Of a stretch of 64,000 bases of DNA, positions 55,893 through 64,000 are shown piece by piece (the first letter of the stretch is position 1; each line of letters begins with the position of its first letter). The notes below the pieces were generated by a model. The model searched no databases, was not told where the DNA came from, and was given only the letters and a program-made list of their open reading frames with translations. The DNA comes from an uncultured Gemmatimonadales bacterium (GTDB lineage Bacteria > Gemmatimonadota > Gemmatimonadetes > Gemmatimonadales > GWC2-71-9): the NCBI GenBank assembly GCA_963771275.1, contig CAVYSW010000003.1, forward strand, positions 1,536,001 to 1,600,000, in the 5' to 3' direction. The translations under genes and the position numbers were made by a program.

Positions 55893-56146
55893 TCAGCGCG
55901 TCAAGCCCGCCGTTCGCCGGCGCGTATGCACAATCGCTTGATCGGCTCCTTGCTCGATTACGAGGGCGGCAGAGTCCAGGAAAGCGCGAAGCAGCTTGGT
56001 GCGGCCGGACTGGAGGAGCCGCTGCGCCGTTCCCCGGGAGACCCCCATCCGTTGTCCAGCCGCCTCTTGCTCCAGGCCGTCCGCGTCGCAGAGCCGCATC
56101 GCCTCCAGCTCATCGAGCCCAGCCGCACCACTTTCAGGCCCGACAT
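55893..56146 (-). pseudogene. DUF134 (UPF0251) DNA-binding protein, N-terminally truncated and frameshifted
   Basis: DELEAMRLCD..GL.QE.A..RMGVSR.T.QRLL.SGR.K. Adding one G to the GGG run (56118-56120) gives MSGLKVVRLGLDELEAMRL. Confidence 0.75.
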
Positions 56147-56150
56147 GTTG

Positions 56151-56170
56151 TTATGTGCATATGCACAATA
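56151..56170. promoter_or_regulatory. Palindromic operator-like site next to the DUF134 gene
   Basis: ttaTGTGCATATGCACAata; perfect 14-bp core at 56154-56167, AT-rich. Confidence 0.6.
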
Positions 56171-56339
56171 TCTGCGCCGGGGACCCCCGTTAAGGGCGGC
56201 GAGCCATCACCGTTGTCTCGCGGCTTTGCGGTACCGGGCAAGGAGCATTTGGCGGGCGAGCGGCGACAGCCGCCGTCCGCCTCCAGACGCCGACAGGTGC
56301 CGTAGCCGATCACGGGGATTTCGACGGAAGATGAGACGT

Positions 56340-56909
56340 TCATCCCACTATCCCCTCCAGCTTCACGGCGTCCAACCACACCGTCCCCGATCCGCCGATC
56401 ATGATCACCAGGAGCACTTGGGCTTCGTCTTGCGCGACGGACAGCGTCTCCTCGAACGTTTCCCAGCCGGCGGTGGAAACGGACGTGTCGATGATGAGAT
56501 CTCGTCGCCGCACCGTCATTCCGGACGCGTCCTGCACGATCCGGTTGACCTTGAGATTGCACCCTTCGTTCCTGAACGACATGCTGAACCGGTAGTTCTT
56601 CCCGGGCTGAACCGCGACCTGGCTGCTGCGGAGGGCCGGAAGCCTCTCACTCGGTCGCACGAAGAGCTTGAGGGAGTGGTGTCCTTCGACGACCTCGGCC
56701 GAATCCAGGACGACCTGGAGCGTGCTGTCAGCCTTCGGATTGGGGAAGAACGCCCAGTTGACGGGATACCCGGCCTCGGTGATCTCGAAGCTTCCGTTCA
56801 GACCGGCCGTGCCGTTCCTCTCGAGCAGCTCGTCGCTCTGGCAGGCAGCCGCAAGCACGCACGCCGCGCCGAGCGTAGCCGCGCGCCATTCTCGGTCGAA
56901 CTTGCCCAT
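56340..56909 (-). CDS. Lipoprotein with carbohydrate-binding-like (galactose-binding fold) domain
   Basis: LAAAC lipobox; LNGSFE, P.NW, EG.HSLK, V.PGKNY, GSGTVWLD.VKL. Confidence 0.75.
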   Translation of the reverse strand: MGKFDREWRAATLGAACVLAAACQSDELLERNGTAGLNGSFEITEAGYPVNWAFFPNPKADSTLQVVLDSAEVVEGHHSLKLFVRPSERLPALRSSQVAVQPGKNYRFSMSFRNEGCNLKVNRIVQDASGMTVRRRDLIIDTSVSTAGWETFEETLSVAQDEAQVLLVIMIGGSGTVWLDAVKLEGIVG

Positions 56910-56941
56910 GTGTCTCCCTCCTCTCAGGGTTGGACGCCGCG

Positions 56942-57697
56942 CTAGCCCGGGTGCGTGGATTGCGGCGCTGGGCTGCCGGCTTCCTCCCCGGCGTCCACGC
57001 GCCCCGCCCCTAGCAGCGTCAGCCCACACGCCCCGAGCGGCAGGACCGTGGTCAGCAGCACGGGCCAGGCGTTCATCCGCGTGGTGAAGGACTCGTACAA
57101 ATCGAAGGCGAAGAACACGTAGAGCGCCACGAGTACGAGCAGAGCGCCGGTGATGCGCGGCCAGCGCCGGGCGGTCCACGCCAACACGAAGAAGGGCACG
57201 GCGAGACGCGCTTCCAGAAGAAGCGTCACTGGCTGGGTGAGGTGCGAGAGGCCCGTGAAGACGAGCCAGAACGAACCGAATATCAGGAGAACACGGGAGA
57301 CCGCGCGCCGCGCGCCCCAGTAGGTGAGCAGCGTGCTGAGGAGCCACACCACGACGAGCAGGATCAGGAGCCCGCCCATCGACAGAGCAAGCTCGGAATC
57401 CAGGTTCGCCGTTCCCCGCTGCGCCACGGCCAGCCACACGCTCAGGAACAAGCCCGCCGCCAGGTAGGCTCGGTAGCCTGACGCCCGGGAGGCTTCCCGC
57501 TGGAATTCGTCCTGGTCTTTCAGGATCCCCATTTCTCGGAGCGCGCCGGGCCCGAAGGCACCGACACCGAAGACCATCAGGAAGGCCATATCCACGGTGG
57601 CGGCCAACACCGCCCCGGCGACCACGAACAGGCCCGCCACCAGCGTGGCCGTGGAAATGCCCTTGCGGCGTTCCGTCCCGGCACCGGATCCACTCAT
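56942..57697 (-). CDS. Multi-pass membrane protein in XRE operon
   Basis: Hydrophobic, with a DEFQR....RAS.Y.AY motif like XRE-associated DUF2178-type proteins. ATGA-coupled. Confidence 0.75.
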   Translation of the reverse strand: MSGSGAGTERRKGISTATLVAGLFVVAGAVLAATVDMAFLMVFGVGAFGPGALREMGILKDQDEFQREASRASGYRAYLAAGLFLSVWLAVAQRGTANLDSELALSMGGLLILLVVVWLLSTLLTYWGARRAVSRVLLIFGSFWLVFTGLSHLTQPVTLLLEARLAVPFFVLAWTARRWPRITGALLVLVALYVFFAFDLYESFTTRMNAWPVLLTTVLPLGACGLTLLGAGRVDAGEEAGSPAPQSTHPG

Positions 57698-57924
57698 GAG
57701 GGTTCCTCCTGGTCATCCAACTGAAAGAGGTCCTCCACCGCAAGCCCCAGCGCCCGGGCCAAGCGGATGGCCAACTCAATGCTGGGGTTGTACTTACCTG
57801 TCTCGATGGAATGGATGGTCTGGCGGGTAACACCGACCCGATCGGCCAAATCGGCCTGGGTCATGCCGTCCGCCGTCAGGCGATACCTGCGAAGGTGGTT
57901 GTGTACGTGGCCCGTGAGTCCCAT
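57694..57924 (-). CDS. XRE family HTH transcriptional regulator
   Basis: N.LRRYR, MTQADLA..VGVTRQTI.SIE.GKYNPS.ELA..LA..L...VEDLF. Confidence 0.93.
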   Translation of the reverse strand: MGLTGHVHNHLRRYRLTADGMTQADLADRVGVTRQTIHSIETGKYNPSIELAIRLARALGLAVEDLFQLDDQEEPS

Positions 57925-57930
57925 GGGCAT

Positions 57931-57971
57931 AAAGTACAGCACGCTTCACATGTCGTCAAGCGTGCTTTACA
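57931..57971 (-). promoter_or_regulatory. Sigma70 promoter with overlapping tandem operators for the XRE operon
   Basis: Minus strand TTGACG-N17-TACTTT-N6-ATG. Boxes TGTAAAGCACGCTTGAC and TGTGAAGCGTGCTGTAC overlap the -35 and -10. Confidence 0.7.
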
Positions 57972-58254
57972 TGCGTCCACGAGAGTTCTGACGGCTGGGC
58001 TGCTCGTGCGCGGGTCGGGAAAGAGGCATGTCGCTCTCGGTCTACGGAACGTGCGCAACGGGCCGACGACGCCTCACCCGGCTGGTTCCGGCGCTCACTC
58101 GCGAGAACGATCTTCGACCTGCCATGATCGACATCCACGGGCATTCACCGGTGCTGGTCGCCATGATCGGCAACGGATTGGTGGAGTCCGCTCCTGTGTT
58201 CAACAGCACCGCCACGGCGCGACGGCAGTCGCTGGCGCCGGCCAGTCGGGCGCG

Positions 58255-59343
58255 TCAGCTCGGCTCGTCGGGAGTCCCTTCCGCCAGGATCTCATCCGGC
58301 AGCCGCCCCTTCATCAGCTCGCGCACACCTCCCTCGACCACCAGCGCTGATGCAGTGGCCATCGCGACGCGTTTGCCCTCGGCATTGTCCACATCGCAGG
58401 AGCTGACGCGCAGCAGCCGGCCGCGGTGGCGCACAGTGGCGGTGAACGTGAGGTCCCCCGCGTTGATGAGCGCGGGCCGCGTGAAGCGGATGTGCATGTC
58501 GAGGGTGGCGAACACGTCCCCGGCGCCGAGCGTGGAGTACACCGCCGCGCCCATCGTGAACTCGGCAGCCCACGCCAGCAGCCCGCCGTAGATCGACGGC
58601 CCGCCATTCGAGAACCACCCGGACGACGGCAGGACCGCCGTGACGTGACCGTCCTCGACCTTGGTTGGGCGGTATCCGGTGAGGCGCCACACCGGGAAGA
58701 TCTTCTTCCCGGCGGTCGTGAGCCGCTGCAGCTCGATGGGGATGCCATTCAAGACTTCGGCGAGGCTGAAGTAGCCGTCCTCCGGCGCGGGCCGCCGCCA
58801 GGGATCTGGGGGGCTGCTGGGACCGGGATCGGGCGCGGGATATTCCGCGCGCGGGTCCACGGGTACGTCGGTGATCAGGCAGCGGGTGCTGCCGAACGCG
58901 AGCATGCGGCCGTCCTGATCGGTGATCTGGAGCGTGGAGAGCCCCACCTGGCTTCCCGCGTGGATCGTTTCCGCACGGCCGACCATGTTGTTCGTCTTGC
59001 GGCTCATCGGCCGGACGAACGACAGGCTCAGCTCGGAGGTCGCGACCGCCTTCCCGGGAGGAAGCGTGGTCCAGATCGCGGACGCCAGCGGCGCGTCGGC
59101 AAAGAGGGCGTACACGCCGCCCCAGTACAACCCAAAGCCGTCCTCCAGCCAGGGGGTGACCGGCATCGCGAACGTGGCCTTGCCGAGGCCCGCCTCCGTC
59201 GGGCGCATGCCGAGCAGCCGCGATACCGGCGGGCCCGGGAGATCGCCGCGGATGTAGCGCCTGAAGGTCTCGAGCCCCGGTTGCTGAAAGGCCCGGAGGT
59301 CGCCAATCGCGCCCCTGAAGGGCTCGTCCGTGATGTTGTCCAT
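58255..59343 (-). CDS. Tandem (double) PaaI-type hot-dog thioesterase
   Basis: Two hot-dog repeats: YWGGVYALFAD...SELSLSFVRP and IYGGLLA...TLDMHIRFTRP. Confidence 0.85.
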   Translation of the reverse strand: MDNITDEPFRGAIGDLRAFQQPGLETFRRYIRGDLPGPPVSRLLGMRPTEAGLGKATFAMPVTPWLEDGFGLYWGGVYALFADAPLASAIWTTLPPGKAVATSELSLSFVRPMSRKTNNMVGRAETIHAGSQVGLSTLQITDQDGRMLAFGSTRCLITDVPVDPRAEYPAPDPGPSSPPDPWRRPAPEDGYFSLAEVLNGIPIELQRLTTAGKKIFPVWRLTGYRPTKVEDGHVTAVLPSSGWFSNGGPSIYGGLLAWAAEFTMGAAVYSTLGAGDVFATLDMHIRFTRPALINAGDLTFTATVRHRGRLLRVSSCDVDNAEGKRVAMATASALVVEGGVRELMKGRLPDEILAEGTPDEPS

Positions 59344-59349
59344 GGCGCC

Positions 59350-61938
59350 TTACCGGCGGAACGGTCCGCGCCGGTCCGGCGGCGCGCTGACCGGAATGCG
59401 GTACTTCGGCGCGCCGGCGGCGAGCGACGCTACCACTCGCCCGCGCACCAACAGCCCAGCTCGAAGCGCTGGGCTTGCGGCGACGGGACCGCCGTAGCGG
59501 GGGGAAGCCGGCCCGGGGTCGCTGCCGTCGGTGGTGTAGCGCACCTCGTGCGCGGGCTCCGGGCCTTCGAGCGCCGCCGAGGCGGCGAGAATCCGCGACG
59601 AGCCGCCGCTCGGGACGACGGCCAACGCGTGCACCAAGCCGGGGAAGGTGTGCGGTGCGGTCTCCACCAGGATTGTCGAGATGCCGGCGTCACTGGCGAA
59701 CGGATTGGCGCCGATGAGCGTGGCGCCGCCCGTGACGCCGAACGCCACGTTCTCCCAGGCGTCCGGTACGACCGTCCCGTTCGCGTCGCACAGCGCGGCG
59801 TAGCAGAAGACGTGGTCCTTGCGCTCGCGGTCCGGCCGGCGGCCGAAGAGATCGAAGGCGAGCGTCAGGCGATCGACGGCTCCGGGCGTGCGCACCGCGT
59901 GCGTAGCCGCGCGCCGGCCCGCGATGTAGCCCACCGCCTCCAGGGTGCCGGGCCGGAAGCCGTCGAGGTGAAACGTGAACGGCGGGTGCGCGAGCCGCGT
60001 GCTCGTGCGGTCCCTGTCGGGTTTCTGGCGAGCGACCAGGTTGCCATTGAGCAGGAGGGCGACCTCCTCGCAGTTGCTGAACACGCGAACGTCGGTGGCT
60101 GAGGCCGGCGTCCAGTCGCTGGCGATGAAGACCACGGGCTCGCCCGCGGACCGCTGGCTGCGGAAGAAGTGGTAGGAGAGCTTGGGCAGCCGGAAGATGT
60201 CCATGCAGCCCGAGGACTCGACGTCCGGCGCGTAGCCCCGGTTGTAGTCGTACATCACCCAGAGGCCGTCGGCGAACGCGATGGTGGCGCGGTTGTCGTT
60301 GTGCGCCTCCTGGAAGTTGGTGGCCTGCTGCAGCAACGCCCGCTCGCCCTGCCAGCGGAGCTGGCGGCTGTTGCTCTCCGCCGGCGTCAGGTTCTGCCAG
60401 GCGCCCTGGTCGAGTCCGGCGTTCATGGCGTAGTACTCCCAGTCGCCGTACTCGCTCACGAGGCACGCCTGCTCCGTCTCGTGACGGCAGCCGCCGTGCT
60501 GGCGCGCGTCGATGAAGACGTCGTAGCCGCGCACCCAGCCGGCCGTGAAGCACTGGTCACCCGGGTATTCCTCGTGCGCGATGGCGTGGGTCTGGGCCAC
60601 GAACGCCGGCGGCATGGCCGACTCGTTGAGCGAGACCTCCCAGAGGATCACGCACGCATGATTGCGGTCTCGGCGCACGAGGTCACGGCAGTTTCGGTAC
60701 TGGAGCTCCGCGAAGGCGGGGTCGGGGTTGAAGTACTGCCAGCCGGGAAGGCAGTTCATCACCACCAGGCCCAGCTCGTCACAGGCGTCCATGAACGCGG
60801 GCGCGTGCGCGTAGTGCGACAGCCGCACGTAGTCGAAGCCGGCCTCCTTGATCTTCCGGGCGTCGCGGTACTGTGCCGCGTCCGACAACGCGTAGCCGAT
60901 GTACGGATACTCCTGGTGCCGATTGGCGCCGCGCAGGAACATCGGCTCGCCGTTGATGCTGAACCCGTCGCGCGAGATGGCGATGTGCCGGATGCCGATC
61001 CGCACGGTCTCGGCATCCACGATGCCGGCGTCGCTCACGACCTCGCTGTCGAGCGTATGGAGGTTGGGGGTCGCGGGACTCCACAGCTGTGGCGACGTCA
61101 CCTCCAGCTCCTGCGTCACCTCCGTATCGGCGCCGGACGCGAGGGTCAACGGCTTGGAGATGGCTGACGTCACCACCGTGCCGTCGGGCGCGCGCAGCGT
61201 GACGCGCACGCGGAGGCCGCGGGACTCCAGGTGCTCGTTCCGCACGTGGGTCTTGATCCGCACAGTGGCGGCATCGCGCGCGACCCGCGGGTAGGTGACG
61301 AATACGCCGCCGCTCGCGGGCCGGCCGGCCAGCAGCGGATCGGTGATGTGCAGGCGGTCCTTGGTGATCAGGTAGACGGGCCGATACAGCCCGTGATACA
61401 TGTTGAAGTCGAGCTGGGCCAGCGGCTTGGGGCCGGTGATGGGGTTGTCGCGATTGTCGAGCCGCACGGCCAGCAGGTGTTTCTTGCCGGGCGTCACATG
61501 CTGGCTCAGGTCCAGCGCGAATGGGAGATAGCCGCCCAGGTGGCCGCCGATGCGCTCGCCATCGAGCCACACCTCGGCCACGTTCATCGCGCCATCGAAG
61601 CGGAGCAGCACCGTCCCGCCGGCCGGCGCCGGCTCCAGGGCGAGCGTGCGGCGATACCAGCAGACGCCCTGCCACTGGGCCTCGGGCGATCCGGCCGGCC
61701 CGGTCACCAGCGCCTCGATGCGCGCCGTGTGCGGCAGTGTGGCCGCTTCCCAGGCCGCGTCATCCAACGCGGCGCTCTGCGCGCCCTCCGGATCGTCACG
61801 CAGGAACCTCCAGCCGTCGTCAAGGCGGAATACGCGGCGCCTGCTTTCCGGGGCCGAGCCCACGGGCCGGCGCGGCGCGCGGAGCGCCACTGCCGCACCC
61901 GCGACCGTCATCCCCGCTACGAAGTCTCTCCGCTTCAT
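59350..61938 (-). CDS. GH2 beta-galactosidase-like glycosidase, Tat-exported
   Basis: MKRRDF leader; GVCWYRR, LRFDGAM, GGYLPF, GANRHQEYPYIG, RLSHY, RDRNH..VILWEVSLNE, SEYG. Confidence 0.93.
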   Translation of the reverse strand: MKRRDFVAGMTVAGAAVALRAPRRPVGSAPESRRRVFRLDDGWRFLRDDPEGAQSAALDDAAWEAATLPHTARIEALVTGPAGSPEAQWQGVCWYRRTLALEPAPAGGTVLLRFDGAMNVAEVWLDGERIGGHLGGYLPFALDLSQHVTPGKKHLLAVRLDNRDNPITGPKPLAQLDFNMYHGLYRPVYLITKDRLHITDPLLAGRPASGGVFVTYPRVARDAATVRIKTHVRNEHLESRGLRVRVTLRAPDGTVVTSAISKPLTLASGADTEVTQELEVTSPQLWSPATPNLHTLDSEVVSDAGIVDAETVRIGIRHIAISRDGFSINGEPMFLRGANRHQEYPYIGYALSDAAQYRDARKIKEAGFDYVRLSHYAHAPAFMDACDELGLVVMNCLPGWQYFNPDPAFAELQYRNCRDLVRRDRNHACVILWEVSLNESAMPPAFVAQTHAIAHEEYPGDQCFTAGWVRGYDVFIDARQHGGCRHETEQACLVSEYGDWEYYAMNAGLDQGAWQNLTPAESNSRQLRWQGERALLQQATNFQEAHNDNRATIAFADGLWVMYDYNRGYAPDVESSGCMDIFRLPKLSYHFFRSQRSAGEPVVFIASDWTPASATDVRVFSNCEEVALLLNGNLVARQKPDRDRTSTRLAHPPFTFHLDGFRPGTLEAVGYIAGRRAATHAVRTPGAVDRLTLAFDLFGRRPDRERKDHVFCYAALCDANGTVVPDAWENVAFGVTGGATLIGANPFASDAGISTILVETAPHTFPGLVHALAVVPSGGSSRILAASAALEGPEPAHEVRYTTDGSDPGPASPRYGGPVAASPALRAGLLVRGRVVASLAAGAPKYRIPVSAPPDRRGPFRR

Positions 61939-61942
61939 CGGA

Positions 61943-64000
61943 TCACCGTGCCGCCGGGATCGCCGCGGGCGCGTCGCCCCGCACGACCAGCACGCTCAGG
62001 CTCGCCGTCCTGAGCCCGTCCGCGCTGGCCGCGATGCGGAGCAGCCCGGGGAGCGCCGCGCGCAGAATCGCCAGCCCGCGGCCGTTGAACGCGTGCCGGC
62101 GGTCGGCGCGGTAGGGGTCGTGATCCCTGAGGTCGGCGTTGTCCAGTGCCAGGATGCTGCCGCCGCTCACCGTGAAGCGCACGAGGTTCCCAGCGGTTGG
62201 GACCACCGTGCCGGCCGAGTCGACGATCTCGAACGTCACGTGCGCCACGTCGCCCGGATCGGCGGTGATGGTGTCGCGGTCCGCGGCGAGCCGGATCGCG
62301 GCCGGTGTGCCCGCGGTCCGCACCTCCGCCTCGCAGGCCACCGTGCCGTCGCGCCGCTTGCCGACAGCCCGGAGCACGCCGGGCTCGTACGGCACGTCCC
62401 AGCTCACGTGCAGGTCGTCGGTCGTGGCATTGACGACGGGCAGCGCGTAGCTGTTCCAGCCGCCGGAGGTACCCTGCGCGGGGAACTCGAGGCGCTTCTC
62501 GCCGAGGGAGCGGCCGTTCAGGAACAGCTCCACGCTGTTGCAGTTGGTGTACGCCAGCACGGGAATCGGTTGCCGCTCCCGCCCGGGCCAGTTCCAGTGC
62601 GGGAATAGGCGGAGCACCGGCTGGCCTGTCCACTGACTTTGATACAGGTAGTACGAGTCCTTGGGGCGGCCGGTGATGTCAATCGCCCCGGAGCCGGCGC
62701 CCACGCCGGGCCAGAACGTCTCGCCCAGGTAGTCGATCCCGGTCCACATGAAGTCGCCCGCGAAGTAGTCGTGCGTCGCCACCCATTTCCAGAGCCGCTC
62801 GGCGCGGATCATCCCCGTGGTGTAGTTGGGCTGCACCTTCGAGGCGTCGCTCCCCAGCGAGTACCGGCCGCCGAACGCGTTCACGGCGGGCGCGCTCTCG
62901 GTGCCGATCATCTTCCAGTCGGGGTGGTCGTGCCGATCCGGCTCGGCGAAGATCTCCCGGCGCTCGTGCCAGCGGTCCACGTAGTTGTAACCCACCACGT
63001 CCAGGGCGTTCAGGAACGGCAGCGTGGCACGACCCCCGTCGGCGGCGATGTGGTCGTTGCCGGTGGTGACCGGTCGCGTCGGATCCTCGCGGTGGAACAG
63101 GTCGACGAGCCGGCGCAACACCGCCACGCCGTCCGGCGTGTCCTGCTCGCCGATCTCGTTGCCGGCGCTCCAGAGGACGATCGACGGGTGGTTCCGGTCG
63201 CGGTGGACGAAATCCGTGACGTCGCGCTCGGACCATTCGGTGAAGTACTTGTGGTACCCCTCGGTCACCTTGCCCACGGTCCACTCGTCGAACGCCTCCG
63301 CCATGACGAGAAGGCCCAGGCGGTCGCACAGGTCGAGGAACTCGGGCGCGGGCGGGTTGTGCGCGGTACGGACGGCGTTCGCACCCATGGCCTTGAGGAC
63401 CTCCAACCGGCGCTGCCACACGGGCTCCGGCACGGCGGCGCCCACCGCTCCCGCGTCGTGATGGAGGTTGACGCCGTTCATCTTGACGCGCACGCCGTTC
63501 AGCAGGAAGCCCTGGTCCTTGTCGTAGGCAATCGTTCGAATCCCGAATGGCGTGGCGGTGGTGTCGGTGACGCTTCGGCCGGCCAGCAGCGCCTGGCGGA
63601 GCGTGTACAGGTTCGGCGCCTCGACCGACCACAGCCGCGGCACCTCGACCTCAAGGCGTTGCGCGAGGTCGACCGCCTGCCCGGCCGCCAGCGAGAACGG
63701 CGTCTCCGCCCGCGCGGTCTCCCGGCCCGCACCGTCGAGGACCAGGGAACGGAGCACACCCCGGCGTTGCGTCGTGTGGTGGTTCTCGACGTGGGTCCGG
63801 ACCACGACCTCCGCTCCGGCGGAATCCGCGCGGGGCGTCGTCACGTACGTGCCCCAGTGGCCCACGTGAAGCGGAGCGACGAGAGTCAGCCAGACGTGGC
63901 GGTAGATGCCGCTGCCCGTGTACCAGCGGGAGTTGGGCTGCAACGAGTTGTCCACGCGCACGGCAACCACGTTCACACCGGGCACGAGGTGATTGGTGAT
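61943..64000 (-). CDS. GH2 glycoside hydrolase, 5' end outside the window
   Basis: SRWYTGSGIYRHV, GVNLHHD.G.VG.A, RTAHNPP, RDRNHPSIVLWSAGNE, FMWTGIDYLGE, PHWNW. Confidence 0.94.
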   Translation of the reverse strand: MTNHLVPGVNVVAVRVDNSLQPNSRWYTGSGIYRHVWLTLVAPLHVGHWGTYVTTPRADSAGAEVVVRTHVENHHTTQRRGVLRSLVLDGAGRETARAETPFSLAAGQAVDLAQRLEVEVPRLWSVEAPNLYTLRQALLAGRSVTDTTATPFGIRTIAYDKDQGFLLNGVRVKMNGVNLHHDAGAVGAAVPEPVWQRRLEVLKAMGANAVRTAHNPPAPEFLDLCDRLGLLVMAEAFDEWTVGKVTEGYHKYFTEWSERDVTDFVHRDRNHPSIVLWSAGNEIGEQDTPDGVAVLRRLVDLFHREDPTRPVTTGNDHIAADGGRATLPFLNALDVVGYNYVDRWHERREIFAEPDRHDHPDWKMIGTESAPAVNAFGGRYSLGSDASKVQPNYTTGMIRAERLWKWVATHDYFAGDFMWTGIDYLGETFWPGVGAGSGAIDITGRPKDSYYLYQSQWTGQPVLRLFPHWNWPGRERQPIPVLAYTNCNSVELFLNGRSLGEKRLEFPAQGTSGGWNSYALPVVNATTDDLHVSWDVPYEPGVLRAVGKRRDGTVACEAEVRTAGTPAAIRLAADRDTITADPGDVAHVTFEIVDSAGTVVPTAGNLVRFTVSGGSILALDNADLRDHDPYRADRRHAFNGRGLAILRAALPGLLRIAASADGLRTASLSVLVVRGDAPAAIPAAR

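Noticed and set aside
57975..58254. Intergenic stretch with a repeated GCCATGATCG and possible ORFs
   Set aside because: Only two 10-nt copies, and no recognisable protein or RNA motif.
1..64000. tRNA, rRNA, riboswitch, IS, integrase, prophage or defence genes
   Set aside because: None recognised by eye. A covariance-model and HMM search is needed to exclude divergent ones.

Overview
Very GC-rich bacterial chromosomal window. The gene content (kinase-TPR receptors, GWxTD protein, long M14 peptidase, DUF4384, DUF6526) suggests Gemmatimonadota; this is inferred, not proven. I found about 50 CDS and no rRNA, tRNA, CRISPR array, transposase or integrase. Main blocks: idi; a tightly coupled alpha-glucan operon (glgP-glgA plus three different GH57 enzymes); pdxH; two Ser/Thr kinase-TPR proteins; an AKR-GMC oxidase pair; a TSUP/PLP-enzyme/DUF6526/ThDP-enzyme cluster; a secreted DUF4384 protein behind a sigma54-type promoter; a GT4 fusion plus GH130; a GWxTD plus lipoprotein pair; an ECF42-type sigma locus with DGPF/YciI genes; a GH5-like hydrolase; a tripartite RND pump; OsmC; an M14-ABC operon; an XRE operon; a double hot-dog thioesterase; two GH2 glycosidases. 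Non-coding signals read directly from the sequence: two matching ECF42-type promoters, a conserved hairpin leader in the yciI paralogs, a diverged and frameshifted second copy of the sigma 3' end bracketing about 11.8 kb, two probably leaderless repressor genes with operators, a probable CTG start, a 9-nt-period inverted repeat, and three single-base frameshifts (decay or assembly error). No single unmistakably new system can be proven from sequence alone; the best candidates are ranked in findings. Family assignments come from motif recognition, not database searches.
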